From: Rebecca billardiae RCC1528 | Lineage: Eukaryota > Protista > Haptophyta | Direction of reading: 5' to 3' | Length of the DNA stretch: 64,000 nt | NCBI GenBank assembly: GCA_965240325.2 | Contig: OZ251240.1 | Location: 1,240,001 to 1,304,000, forward strand | Shown here: positions 22,373-33,412 of the stretch, one piece after another | Position numbering within the stretch: position 1 is the first letter of the stretch | Layout of the letters: each line of letters starts with the position of its first letter | The notes under the pieces: generated by a model | Databases searched by the model: none | Seen by the model: the letters and a program-made list of their open reading frames with translations, nothing else | Told to the model about the DNA's origin: nothing | Position numbers and translations under genes: made by a program

Positions 22373-23761
22373 ATGGCGGCAAACGAGCTGGAAGGGATGG
22401 AGCCGGTGGCCTCCTCGATCGAGGCGGTCTGCGCGCTCACGCGCGGCGCGGAGGAGGCGACGCCGCTGCCAGAGGTGCTCGAGCTCACCGGGCGCGTCGT
22501 GCACCTCCGCCGCATCAGCCGCATCCTCACCTTCCTCGACCTGAAGGATGCGTCCGAGCTGCCGCCGCCGCCGAGCGCCGAGCGCCTGACCGTCGTGTGC
22601 AAGCAGCACTTCCTCGGCACCGAGCGCATGCAGGAGCTGCGCCAGACGGTGCGCGTCGGCGACGTGGTGCGCGTGACCGGACGCGTCGAGCCCACCGCCC
22701 CCGACGCGGACACCGTGCCCTCCCTCGCCGCCGCAAGATTCGATCTCGTCGCCAAGTGGAGCGCGGAGCGGCCGGGCGAGCAATTCATCCCGCAGCCGAT
22801 GGGCTCGCTGTACTGGTCGCGCGGGAAGCGGGAGCCCTCGTCGGAGGTGTGCAACCGCTTCGTCTCGTGCGGCCGGTGCGAGGTCGTCGGCTGCCGCTTC
22901 GCCCACCGCCTGCCGGACGAGGGTCGGACCGCGTGGGTGAAGGCGGCGACGGCGCGCCGGCTCGAGCGCGCGCAGCTCGCGGCCGACCCGCACGCGAGCG
23001 AGTCGAAGCAGTCGCGCGCGGCGCGCGCGCGGCTCTTCGCCGAGTTCCTGCTGGCCACGTTCGGCGCCGCGTACCTCGACAGCGGCACCGGCGTCATCGA
23101 CGTCGGCGGCGGGCGTGGCGACCTCGCGTTTGAACTGCACACGCGCCGCGGCGTGCGCACAACAGTGATCGACCCGCGGCCGGCGCAGCTGCGGCGGGAG
23201 CAGCACGCGTACATGCGCGCGCACCCGGAGGCGCGGCTGGCGCCGCACATCGCCGAGCCGTTCGACGGCGGCTTCGCCGCGCGCGGCGCCGCGCACGACG
23301 CGCCCGCGCGCGCGCACCTCCTTGAGCGCTGCAGCGCGCTCGTTGGCATGCACCCGGACGAGGCGACCGGCGCGATTGCCGAGTGGGCGGTGGCGCACGG
23401 CAAGCCGTTCGCCGTCGTGCCGTGCTGCGTGTTCGCGCGGCAGTTCCCGGGTAGGGCGCTGCCCGGCGCGTCCGGCGGGGCGCCCGTCAGCTCGTACGAG
23501 GACCTCGTGCACTGGCTGCGCGCGCTGCCCGCCAGCGCCGAGCCGTCCGCCCCGCGCGCGCAGCTCGCCTTCTTGCCGTGCGGCGGCAAGAACCAGGTGG
23601 TCTTCTGGAGCCCAGCAGCCTCAGCAGTCGCGCCGCTCGTCGGCCAGGGGCAGGGCGCGGGGCTCGACGGGGCGTGGGCGCAGTGCATCGAATGCGACGA
23701 CGCGCCCATCGACGGCGGCGGCGGCGGCGGCGGCAGCGGCAGTGGCGGCAGCAGCACCTGA
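22373..23761 (+). CDS. OB-fold + CCCH zinc finger + SAM-dependent methyltransferase-like protein (putative RNA methyltransferase)
   Basis: LTGRVVHLRRISRILTFLDL...VGDVVRVTGRV (OB fold), CNRFVSCGRCEVVGCRFAH (CCCH), VIDVGGGRGDL, VGMHPDEATG, FAVVPCCVF. Confidence 0.8.
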   Translation: MAANELEGMEPVASSIEAVCALTRGAEEATPLPEVLELTGRVVHLRRISRILTFLDLKDASELPPPPSAERLTVVCKQHFLGTERMQELRQTVRVGDVVRVTGRVEPTAPDADTVPSLAAARFDLVAKWSAERPGEQFIPQPMGSLYWSRGKREPSSEVCNRFVSCGRCEVVGCRFAHRLPDEGRTAWVKAATARRLERAQLAADPHASESKQSRAARARLFAEFLLATFGAAYLDSGTGVIDVGGGRGDLAFELHTRRGVRTTVIDPRPAQLRREQHAYMRAHPEARLAPHIAEPFDGGFAARGAAHDAPARAHLLERCSALVGMHPDEATGAIAEWAVAHGKPFAVVPCCVFARQFPGRALPGASGGAPVSSYEDLVHWLRALPASAEPSAPRAQLAFLPCGGKNQVVFWSPAASAVAPLVGQGQGAGLDGAWAQCIECDDAPIDGGGGGGGSGSGGSST

Positions 23762-24304
23762 TGCCAATGCTCACGAGTCAGCGGCACGGTCACAACTCAT
23801 CACAATTCAGCACATCCATGATATTATCACCGTCGTCTCGGCGCCGACCGCGGGCACTTGGGACCGCCTTAGGCCATCATCAGCCATTACTGCTGCTATT
23901 CTTACGACGCGCTTAATAATAAGGCTCGTCGCGCGATCTGTAGCTGTTCTGCGCGCCGCTTATTATTCTGGCCGCCGTTCTCTCTGGCTGAGGCCCCACG
24001 GCCCGGGCCCACCCCAAAACTACTATACCAACCCGGGAGTCGCGTGCGCACGCGCGGCGCGGCCGCGAGCTTGTGGGCAGTGCGCTGCAAGTAGTTCATT
24101 GCTGGCGATGTCAGCCGCCTTCTGCCGTTGCTGCTCACCATGACCAGTGCCCAGGCTGGGGTCACGGGCGTCCAGGGGTGGTTTATTAGTGGTGTCCGGG
24201 AGGAACGGCTTCAAGTTGCACTGCACATCCCGTGTTTTTTGGGCGCACAGCCCCCTGAGCAACCAAGGCCCTGCCACTGAAAGAGGGAGCACGGCCGAAC
24301 TCGG

Positions 24305-24386
24305 ACTCGTGATCACCTCCCTCCCACTGGGAGGTGATCACGAGTGGAGGGAGGTGATCACGAGTCTCGTGATCACCTCCCTCCAC
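24305..24386. repeat. Four copies of CTCGTGATCACCTCCC in forward/reverse/reverse/forward order
   Basis: Directly visible double hairpin, ~40 bp downstream of a CAAGG motif at 24264. Confidence 0.8.
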
Positions 24387-25665
24387 TGGCGCCGCCCGTT
24401 TGGCGCTGGCCGGGATGGCCGCGCGCGTGCGCGAGCGCCCGCCTCGCGTCGCGCGTCCCGCGCGCAGAGCGCGTGCTCGGCCGCGCGCGACGCGGCGGAG
24501 TCGAGGCTGACATGCCCCTGGCCCTCTTCGCGCCGCGCAACGCCGCCCACGCCCATCGCCGCTTGCACGCGCAGGCCTGCCGCGCGGCGGCTTGGGCTTT
24601 TTGGCACAGGCTGGCGGCGGCGCGCCGGGCCGAGGGCTCGGCCGGTGTTGCGCCCCTCGGCCAGGCCGAGACTTGGCGGAGGCGTGGGTAGTGCCATCGC
24701 CTGCCCAGATCCCGGGCCTCGCCGTCAGAGCGTGCACGCGAGGCGCGCTGTCGTGGTCGACAGGTGAGGCGCCGCGCGCTCGCCCTCGAGCGGGCAGCGG
24801 ACATACCGGCAGGCGCGGGCGCACACAGCGGGGCTGTCGAGCTGCTTGCGGCTGGGCAGATCGACGGCGCGTGCACTGGCCCTGGTCTGGTAGGCGTGCG
24901 CGGGTTCGGAGGCCGGTGAACGCTCGGCGCGGACCCACGTGTCTTGCCTGGCACGGTTGCGCGACAGGCGGCTCGGCGGCCAGTCTCGAGGCTGAGTGGC
25001 ATCAGAGCGCTTGCCGGCGTGCTGGCGTGCTCTACCGCCGGGCCGATGCCCACGCCTTGGCCAGGATGCGACCAGCCTCCGCGTCCTCCGCAGCCGCCTG
25101 GAGCCGTCGACCCGCCGCCCAATGGCAACGCGGCCGGCGGGCCGCGCTGTATGATAGCGTCAGCGCGAGAGGGCTGAGTTCGTGAGGGATATCCTAGCAA
25201 TCGAACCGTCTTCCTATTAATATTAATATATTGAAACGGGCTCCCTCTATTCCAAGCGGGTACATTTGAATACGCCCGCTATCAATAATAGTGCAGGCCG
25301 TGAGTGAGGACTGAGGCGACTACAGGCTGGTCTCACCAAGAACTTCCCGAGCGCTGCCGACGTGTCCGCGCTCGCGGCGGGCGAGCACGGGGAATCGGCT
25401 GAGTACGATCGCTCGCATCGTGGGTCTAGTCCCCGACAAAATTGTCCGCGGAGCCGCGCGCGTCGCTCACCTCGTGCCCGGCGCTCCGCCGCGGAGGCGC
25501 CGTCACAGTGGTTTTCACAGTGGGCCGAGCAGTCTGAAGTGGCGCTGAACTGAGGTTTCAAAGAAATAGAGGGGGTAGAACCGAAAGCTCTCCCGATTAA
25601 TATGGTTTCAGACTGCTCGCTCCGGAACACCGGGCTTCAGCTTCGTCACGCCCTCAGGCGCGGAG

Positions 25666-26731
25666 ATGCCCTGGTTGCTCCTCGCCCTGCACCTCGTCGC
25701 AGCCGCGCTGACTCTCGGCTCGTGCAGTGCACGCCCGACGTGCAGCCCGGGGCTTGAAGCCATGCGACCACGCAGAAACTCCACCGACCAAACCGACGAC
25801 GCGAGCGGCGCCGGCGATGGTGTCTCCAGGTGCGCCCGCGACCGGGCCTGAGCGTCGAGCCCCAAACTTGCCCGCGTGGCGCGCGACTGCCCAACACAGA
25901 GATACTGCGCGTAATTTCGTGTCCCTAAAGTATGGAGCCAGCGGGGCAGTGTGCTTACCCACCGCTCGAACCTTGAGGGACACGAATCTCACCCGTTTTG
26001 GCGCCCCCGAACCGCCCTCGTTTCGTGCGCACTACAGGTTGGCGGCGAACTGGTGGGTTGGGGATATCAACATGGCAAAGGCGCTGGCGGAGCACCTGAC
26101 GGGCAACGGCACGCCCCACGACATCATCAAAGACCGAGCGCGGCATGTCCCCGGTGTCGTAGACGGACGGATGGTGTACTACGTGAAGCCGGCCGGGCAG
26201 CCGAGCTATCTATGCCCACCGGCTCCTGTTTTCCAGCTCGAGCAGTTGTTGGCGCCCCTCTACGAGGATGGGGCTGTCGAGGAGCGCGCGCTCGCTGCAT
26301 TGCTCGCACGCGACGAGTTCGCCGAGGTGCTGCGGTCTGTCGCGCCCACGGTGGGCGTGTCGCTCGATTCGTCGGACGGCGCGCACGGCACGGAGCTCGA
26401 GCCTCGGGCGAGAACACTCGGCCTCATCCTCGCACACAAGCCGTTGCGCGTGAATGACCGGCGAGACGCGGGCGGCGGGCTCGTGAGCGCGTATGCGCTT
26501 CTCGAACGAAAGCTCGGCGTCGGGCACCAACTCGCGCCTCCCGCCCCGCCGCCCCCTGCTCCGGAGGCACCGCCTCCAGGATGGATGAGGGCTGCGGCCG
26601 CCTCGCGGCGCGCCAGCGCCCGTCGTCCTCGCCCCACCGTCGTCCGCCACAAAACGTCGTCCTCCGAACTCGCCGACTGGGCGCCGATGCAACAGCGCGC
26701 CGACAGGATGAGGATACGTATAGTCGCGTAA
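25666..26731 (+). CDS. Element-borne hypothetical protein with signal-peptide-like N-terminus (probable intron ~25830-25899)
   Basis: MPWLLLALHLVAAALTLG joins in frame, via a GTGCG...CACAG intron, to the 25727-26731 ORF. Confidence 0.45.
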
Positions 26732-27019
26732 TAATCTGCTATGTAATAAGTACGTACGTAAATTACATACAGTAATCCGGCGGCGAGCGCTGCTACTAGC
26801 AGTAGCAGGACTCACAGTGACAGTGTCACTGCCCCGAGTCATACAGACACAGCAGTGCCCGGCGCCGTGGCGCGCTGCTCACCTATATGTATATATAATA
26901 TATCTGTGACTACTGATATGATGACACGTGACGATATATATATCATCGATGACGCGCTAACTGACAATCATTGATGATACATCGTAGTCGAAGTCACTCG
27001 TCGTCAGCATGATCGCCGC

Positions 27020-28681
27020 TCACAGCAAAGGGGTCTGCACTCTGCCGCCCGCGCTGGCTGCATTGCCGAAGCACGCCTGCACGCCCTTCGTGATCAAGTT
27101 GAGGTGCTCGACATCAGCACCGTCATTGACCTCGTCGTCGAGCAGGCAGCGCTGCTGCTCGCTCTCGATGTCTGCGAAGAACGAGTCCACCATGCGCTCA
27201 TCAGCCTTCACCTCCTCTGCTGACTGCCCTTCGCCATCAGCCTCGTCGACGTCTCCAAGCGCAATCGCCTTGGCAAGCGACTCACGATGCGTCAGCATCG
27301 CCTCGGGCGCCGGCACGCTGAGCTGGGCGCCGGGCGACTTCGCCGCGACCGTAGCGAGCTTGGTGCGCAGGTTGGCCCGCTGGCTCTCCACGGTGAGCGA
27401 CGTGAACATGTGATCGAGAGCCGTGCGTGCAAAGTTCGGGCCGCGCACGCGCATGTACTTGTCCACGAGGAACTCGAAGAGGGCCAGCTGCTCCGCCTCG
27501 GCAGGCTTGGGGTCGGGCAGCGTGGCAGCGAAGAGCGCTGCGCACTCCGCACTAGCCAGGATGAGCTTGGACGCCTCGAGCATGATGTCGCCCCTGACGA
27601 GTGCGATGTGGTCCCGAGTGAGGACGGCGACGACGTGCTCCTCCATCCTCCACACGAGCATGAATAGCTCCTTGCGTGGGAGGTAGAGGGCAGAGTCGTG
27701 CACGTTGCGCCTGAGCGTACGCACCGACGGCAGATCCCAGAGGGACACGACATCGCTGCTCGCGAGCCCGTTCGCCTTGAGCCACGCGAGCCAAAAGGGC
27801 CCCGCTTCCAGGAGCGCCTTGGTACCGTGGCAAGCGGCAGCCTGCACCTTGCGCATGAGCCAGCCGGTGAGGTAGTACAGGAGCTGGGCGCGGAGGTCCT
27901 TCACATCCGGCGAGCAGGTCGGTGGCACCTGGACGGGTGGGTGGGCGGCGAGCTTTTCGCACGTGGCCGCGAAGAGCGCCTCGTCCAGCTCGTCCAGGAG
28001 CGCGACGTGCAACATGGGCCGAGCGTTCACAGCTGACAAGCTCCGGATCGCCTCCTCTGCGCGCGCCGCGTGCTCCTGGATAAACGCCTGTCGTGTCTCA
28101 CGCAGCTCCGAGTGGAAGGCCGAGCGCACGTTGCCGATCGCCGTGGTTGACTTCGCGCGGTGAGTCGCCATCACGTCGACCATGGCCCGCACGCGCTCCT
28201 CGAGCTCGTCCCCGAGCGCCGAGGCCAGCTTGTCGAAGCGGGCTGGCGTGGGATCACCCATCAACATCGCCGCATGAGAACTCGTCCGGCAGAACTCGAC
28301 GGCGCGCTTGACGATGAGCGACCTGTCGCCTAGCTGCTTCAGCGTCGACTCGACGAAGCCGCTCACCGGCGCCAGCTTCACACGCTGGGGCGGATCGAGG
28401 TAGCGCTTGTACGCGAGGGCGATCTGCCGCTGGCTGAGCTTGTGCCGCACCTTGATGAGCTTCAGCTCCAGCACGCGGTCGATCTGCGGCAAGCCGTTGG
28501 CGTTCCCCTTCGTCTTCCTCTTCTCCCACTCGGCGCTCTTCGCCTGGAATACGGCGACGAGCTCCGCCCGTGCGGCATCGGTGAGCATGGCTGCGGGGAT
28601 CAGGGGCGGACGACGCCAGTCTTTGCCAAGTGCGGCGGCGCGGAGCTGGGGCAAGCCGTCCGGACTCTGAAGCCCGGTCAT
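27020..28681 (-). CDS. Element-borne 553-aa protein with a motif resembling P-element transposase C-terminal/transposon accessory domains
   Basis: Long intronless ORF with coding-like codon use. LLYYLTGWLMRK...RRN..ALYLP..ELF..VWRME...KYMRVRG recalls the YIAGY...RGGL.P pattern. No DDE core recognised. Confidence 0.6.
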   Translation of the reverse strand: MTGLQSPDGLPQLRAAALGKDWRRPPLIPAAMLTDAARAELVAVFQAKSAEWEKRKTKGNANGLPQIDRVLELKLIKVRHKLSQRQIALAYKRYLDPPQRVKLAPVSGFVESTLKQLGDRSLIVKRAVEFCRTSSHAAMLMGDPTPARFDKLASALGDELEERVRAMVDVMATHRAKSTTAIGNVRSAFHSELRETRQAFIQEHAARAEEAIRSLSAVNARPMLHVALLDELDEALFAATCEKLAAHPPVQVPPTCSPDVKDLRAQLLYYLTGWLMRKVQAAACHGTKALLEAGPFWLAWLKANGLASSDVVSLWDLPSVRTLRRNVHDSALYLPRKELFMLVWRMEEHVVAVLTRDHIALVRGDIMLEASKLILASAECAALFAATLPDPKPAEAEQLALFEFLVDKYMRVRGPNFARTALDHMFTSLTVESQRANLRTKLATVAAKSPGAQLSVPAPEAMLTHRESLAKAIALGDVDEADGEGQSAEEVKADERMVDSFFADIESEQQRCLLDDEVNDGADVEHLNLITKGVQACFGNAASAGGRVQTPLL

Positions 28682-29686
28682 TTCAGTCCGGGAGGTGAGC
28701 TTTCGGTTCTACCCCCTCTATTTCTTTGGAGGTTTCGTCGGGGTTTCCGCAGTCCGGCGGGCTTCTGCCGCTTCGGACGCCCAGGCGGCATCCATCACCA
28801 CGAGGTCGGCCACGCGCGGACCTGGCCCGCGCGGAGGCGGAGCATGGCGCACTGCTTGATGACTGCGCCCGCGCGAGCCGTTCCATGATCGCTGTGGTTA
28901 CTGCCAAAGCCCCTGCCTCTGTTGGTGGGACCTCGCCAGATGCACTTGTCACTTGCGCGCCGCTCGAACGGCTCCGAACGAACACGACGAGCACATTGCA
29001 CTTCGTCGCAGTTGGCTCACTCGCAGCAGGTATTCGAATCTGTCGCAGTGGAAGCGGGGGGTGCGAGAGCCTACGTACGTCTGTCAAGGGCAGCCGCACG
29101 CTTCAACATTGCGAAGGAGTTCCGCCCTGAACAGTGCGGCGGCAAGGCGGGTTGAGTGTGCTCCAAGCAACATCGTCAGGCACTGATACAGGTGGGGAGG
29201 CGCAGGAAGGACGTTGCAACGAGCGCGATGAGGCCCACATACCTCGACAGCATGGGAGAGACGCGCTGTGGGACATGAAGACACCTGTCACTCATGCCAG
29301 GTCCCACGTTGACCCGCAACGCTCGGCGGCTTCTGCGGGCGAGAACAACGACGCAATGTTTCAGTGCTACAGCGAGGGTGGGGATGAGGAGAGGGGCTTG
29401 GGGTACGGGCAACCGTGTGAACAACACCACTAGGGGTCGCACGGACCGAGATCGCGCGCCGTTCATTTTTTGCAGGGGGGTGGGGGTTTGAATCTCGACA
29501 ACGGCGGGGCGGACAGAGGCGTGCGACCCCTCGTCGGAGAGCTCTCGATGCGGCCGATTTAATGGCGCCATCGAGAATTTTCCGCAGACGCAGTGGGACT
29601 GAAAAAAAAAATCCAAAGCCTCGGGAAGTTCTTGGTGAGACCAGCCTGTAGGCGAGGGGACCGCGTCACGAAAGAGTGTGGAGGTG

Positions 29687-30829
29687 ATGGTGACGCTCAT
29701 CATGCTCGCGCTCGCGCGCCTGCCGATGGTATCGGCCTGCACGACAGCGATGCCAATGGTCTTGCGCGCCTTAGGCTCCGGGTCCGCATCCGACGCCGAG
29801 CTGCGTTGCCAGACCCCGGCGCTCACCGGCCTAACGACGGACTACTGCGTCTCCGACACTCATCTGCGTCTCCTGCTGTGCGGCACGCCGAAGGGATCGG
29901 CGACCACCACGGTGAGGCTCATGATCATGCAGCTCGGCCTTCAGGATGAAGTGCGCGCGTTCAACGCCGCACAAGGGATCGCATCAGGCACTTGGCCTCA
30001 CAATTACGTTCACGAGGTGTTCCACTTGCAGCCCGAGCACCAGCTGCAGCTGCAGTCTCAGAAAAACGGCACACTGCTGTGCCGGCAGGAAGGCTGGCTG
30101 TGCATCAAGTTCGTGCGCAACCCGTTTGACCGCGCGATCTCATCCTTCCTTGCTACCGTATCGAAGTTGCACATGCCAGCCGGGCAGGTGGAGCAAACTT
30201 GGGCGTGGCCGGCGCTCACCGACACGGTCGGCGAAGCAGCGCTGCGCGCTGGCGACTGGTCGTTCGCTGACTTCGTGCGGGCACTCGAGGTGACCGCTGC
30301 CGCAGCGAGGCGTGCGGGGAGACCTGCCGCCTCCCTCATGGGGACCGGGGTTGCACGGCATGTGTTGCCGCAGTCGTTGGCGCGCCGGAAGGGCCGGTCA
30401 AGTACGCACGCCCCTGGCGACGAGCAGCAGGAGGATCCGACGGGCGACGATGCGGACGGCATGCACCTCGTGCCTATCGAGAGCTTGGCGACAAGGCTGC
30501 GCGCACTGGAGAAGCAGTTCCGACCCGATCTGCGCCTGTCCGCACACGCGCTCAACCTGAGCTCCGGGCACTGGAATTCAAGGTCGCACCTGCCGAAGAG
30601 CGAGGCAGCTGCCAATGCCATGCTGCCGCCAGTCAACGTGACCACCGCCGCAGTGCAGCTGTGCTCTGGTTTCACGCGAGGCCACTCGTGCTCGAAATTT
30701 CCTGCGGGCGCATACGATGCGATGCAGCACAGCGGGTGGGCCAGTGTCTGGAGTAAGGTTGGCTGTCTCTTCGCGCATGACGTTGAGCTCTTTGCAAGGT
30801 CCTGCGCGGCGCAGCAACCTGAATTATAA
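29687..30829 (+). CDS. Sulfotransferase family 2 (carbohydrate sulfotransferase-like)
   Basis: CGTPKGSATT (5'-PSB-like), KFVRNPFDRAISSF (3'-PB), SFADFV, HVLPQS. N-terminal signal or anchor. Confidence 0.78.
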   Translation: MVTLIMLALARLPMVSACTTAMPMVLRALGSGSASDAELRCQTPALTGLTTDYCVSDTHLRLLLCGTPKGSATTTVRLMIMQLGLQDEVRAFNAAQGIASGTWPHNYVHEVFHLQPEHQLQLQSQKNGTLLCRQEGWLCIKFVRNPFDRAISSFLATVSKLHMPAGQVEQTWAWPALTDTVGEAALRAGDWSFADFVRALEVTAAAARRAGRPAASLMGTGVARHVLPQSLARRKGRSSTHAPGDEQQEDPTGDDADGMHLVPIESLATRLRALEKQFRPDLRLSAHALNLSSGHWNSRSHLPKSEAAANAMLPPVNVTTAAVQLCSGFTRGHSCSKFPAGAYDAMQHSGWASVWSKVGCLFAHDVELFARSCAAQQPEL

Positions 30830-31014
30830 CATCACTTGGCGATTGACCGCCGGCCGCGCCGGGTGCTGCCTGCTGGGCTGCTGGCCGTGCTGCCGCCGCT
30901 GCCGTGCGTTACGACGCCGAGCGGCCGTGCGGCCGCTGGGCCCGCACGTGTTGAGTGTCTAGAGTGACGACGATACTGGGTGACGACGCGATCGAGCCAC
31001 GTCACGCGTCGTCA

Positions 31015-31045
31015 TAATATATATATATATATACTACTGTTATTA

Positions 31046-31112
<67 letters not shown>
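31015..31112. repeat. (TA)n microsatellite
   Basis: Direct observation. Confidence 0.95.
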
Positions 31113-31115
<3 letters not shown>

Positions 31116-31180
31116 GCAGATGCTGAGCTCATTGTTCATCCGCAATTTGACGGACAGCACGGTTACGATTGTCACCGTTG

Positions 31181-32551
31181 TCAGCTGCTGCTGTCCTTGA
31201 AGATGGTCGCGCTCCACACGATGGAGAGAGCGGTCGCGGACATGATGCCCACGTCGGTCAGCGCGAACGCGATCGTGATGCTCACCTCGCGCACGTCGTC
31301 GGGGATGTCCGCGTCGTGGTTCAGCCGGTACACGCAGTTCACGTAGCTCGCGCCGCCCATGCACCCCACCCAGACCATCCAGACCAGCATGGCCGCGTAG
31401 CCCGCGTCGCCGCGGTGCGCGAGCCAGCGCGTCTTCGCCTCGACAAACCAGAGCGCGCAGTTGAGCGCCTGCAGGAGCGTGAGGACCCACACGCGGCGGA
31501 TGCGCACCACGTTGATCGAGAAGCGCGCCAGCGTGACCCCCACGTTGTAGCACGCCCACGCCAGCGAGTAGGCCGAGCGCTGAAGCCACGAGCGCCGGTC
31601 CATCGGCCGCTTCGTGTCCGCGTCCACGCAGCCCGGGTAGATCTCGTACTCGAGCGCGAATACGCAGACGAGGTTGAGCGCGAGGAACCACGTGTGCGAC
31701 AGCGCCCTCCGCGCCGAGGTCGCCGCGGGCGGGACCAGCGGCGCCGACGCCCCCGCCACCTCCGCCACGTCCGCGTCGAGCGAGAGGTACCGTTCTGAAT
31801 CGTCCGAGCCCGACGCGTCCGCGCCGCCGCCGCGCTCGCGCAGCAGCTCGGGGACGTCGCGCACGATGCGGCGCATGCAGAGGAGGTAGAGGCAGGCGCC
31901 CATGCCGAGCGAGGCGACGCTCGACACGTCCGAGGCGCCCGAGCGCGCGAAGCCGAGCACGAGCAGCGGGCCCACCAGTCCGGAGAGTCCGGTGCCCATG
32001 CCCCACAGCCCGAGCGAGGGCTTGAAGCAGCGCGGCAGAACGCCTAGGTGCGTGACCTCGCCGATGAACTGCGAGAGGCCGAGCACGGAGGTCCCGCCCA
32101 GCGCGATCGAGATGCCCAGACCGCTGCGCACGCGCGTCGAGAGCGCGACCATCACCACCGACACGAGCTGGAGCACGATAGTGATCGTGATTCGCTGCTC
32201 GAACGACAGGCCGCGCCGGAGCAGCACGACGTTGAGCAGCGCGCCGACGAGGCACGCGGCCGTGGGCGTGAAGAGGAAGGCGGGCGTGAGCATCGGCATC
32301 TCGAACACGTCGTCGGTGAGGTGCTGCGCCGCCGCCGCGACGAAGCAGAACGGCAGGTTGTTCAGGATCGCCGCGAGGATCACCGCCACGCGCAGCGACA
32401 CGCGCCGCGCGGGCGCCGGCTCTCCAACCGACGAGACGGCCTGGACGAGGCGGCTCGGCTCGTGCGACGCGATGGGCTCTACGAGGCGGCTCGGCTCCTC
32501 CTCCCCCGAGACGGCATCGACGAAGCGGCTCGGCTCATCGAGGGCCGACAT
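31181..32551 (-). CDS. CLN3: CLN3/battenin (Btn1)-family membrane protein
   Basis: ILNNLPFCFVAAAAQHL, IGEVTHLG, WGMGTGLSGLVG, VFALEY, YNVGVTLAR, MGGASYVN, REVS. Multi-pass hydrophobic. Confidence 0.85.
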   Translation of the reverse strand: MSALDEPSRFVDAVSGEEEPSRLVEPIASHEPSRLVQAVSSVGEPAPARRVSLRVAVILAAILNNLPFCFVAAAAQHLTDDVFEMPMLTPAFLFTPTAACLVGALLNVVLLRRGLSFEQRITITIVLQLVSVVMVALSTRVRSGLGISIALGGTSVLGLSQFIGEVTHLGVLPRCFKPSLGLWGMGTGLSGLVGPLLVLGFARSGASDVSSVASLGMGACLYLLCMRRIVRDVPELLRERGGGADASGSDDSERYLSLDADVAEVAGASAPLVPPAATSARRALSHTWFLALNLVCVFALEYEIYPGCVDADTKRPMDRRSWLQRSAYSLAWACYNVGVTLARFSINVVRIRRVWVLTLLQALNCALWFVEAKTRWLAHRGDAGYAAMLVWMVWVGCMGGASYVNCVYRLNHDADIPDDVREVSITIAFALTDVGIMSATALSIVWSATIFKDSSS

Positions 32552-32960
32552 CGGCGCTGCTGCCGCGGCTCCCGTGCGCTCAATCGTCCATGCTCAGTGG
32601 ACTGTGGTTGCCGTGACTGGGATGGCGGCCAAGTTATCGTAGTATGCACAGTACCCCCATAGTACTTGTACTTGTGCAATGACAATGGTATTACGACGGC
32701 CTTGGGGCTTGGGCCGAGAAAACAGATAACCTCCGAGCCGGCCGCACTGGGAGTCTGGGAGTGGCAGTGGCCGTGGGGTGCCCTGGCCAGGCTTGCGCCA
32801 GTCGTGACTCGTGCCAGTCGTGGCGGCTGCTAGTAGTGCTATATATTAATAAGGTTTAGCTCATCAGCTATGTATATATTTAACGACGTGGCAGCATCGG
32901 ACAAGCGTCAGGCTCAGAGTGCAACAGACACATAGAATGCGTCCGCGCCTTCCGTCCAGG

Positions 32961-33365
32961 TCAGACAGTGCGCCACCCGCAGCCCTGCCCCCCTAGTGGC
33001 CCTACGGGAGCGGGGCCGGGATGGAGCACCGCCTCGGCCTGGGGCACGCGGCGGCGACGGCAGATGCCGCCGCGGCCGAGCGCCTTCCGGAGCACTTGGA
33101 TGAGGGTGAGGTCGTAGTCGATGTCGCCGCCCGCCGACCTAGCGGCGAGCAGCTCCGGCAAGCGGCAGCCGCGGCTGTCGCCCCCGTGCGCCCGCGTGGG
33201 CGCCTGGATGAGGATGAGGTCGTAGTACGCGTCGCCGCGCGCCGGCCAAGCGGCGCGCAGCTGCAGAAGAGGGGCTTGGAGAGTGAGCGCGCCGCCTAGC
33301 GCGCTCTGGGCGATGAAGCAGATGAGGTGGTAGTCGATGTCGCAGCCCAGCCCGCCGGCGGGCAT
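32961..33365 (-). pseudogene. Gene fragment with three degenerate 108-bp (36-aa) repeats, abutting a (TA)n tract
   Basis: DIDYHLICFI / DAYYDLILIQ / DIDYDLTLIQ at 108-bp spacing. Confidence 0.35.
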
Positions 33366-33368
33366 ATA

Positions 33369-33408
<40 letters not shown>
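33364..33408. repeat. (TA)n microsatellite
   Basis: Direct observation. Confidence 0.95.

Positions 33409-33412
<4 letters not shown>

Larger units (their letters stand above)
25320..29651. mobile_element. 4.3-kb TIR DNA transposon-like element with two convergent ORFs
   Basis: Perfect 32-bp TIR CTACAGGCTGGTCTCACCAAGAACTTCCCGAG at 25320-25351 and 29620-29651. Flanked by GCGA/GCGA; alternatively a TA TSD with CAGG ends. Confidence 0.85.

Noticed and set aside
24305-24386. CRISPR-like repeats
   Set aside because: Units alternate in orientation, lack unique spacers and have no cas genes; the context is eukaryotic.
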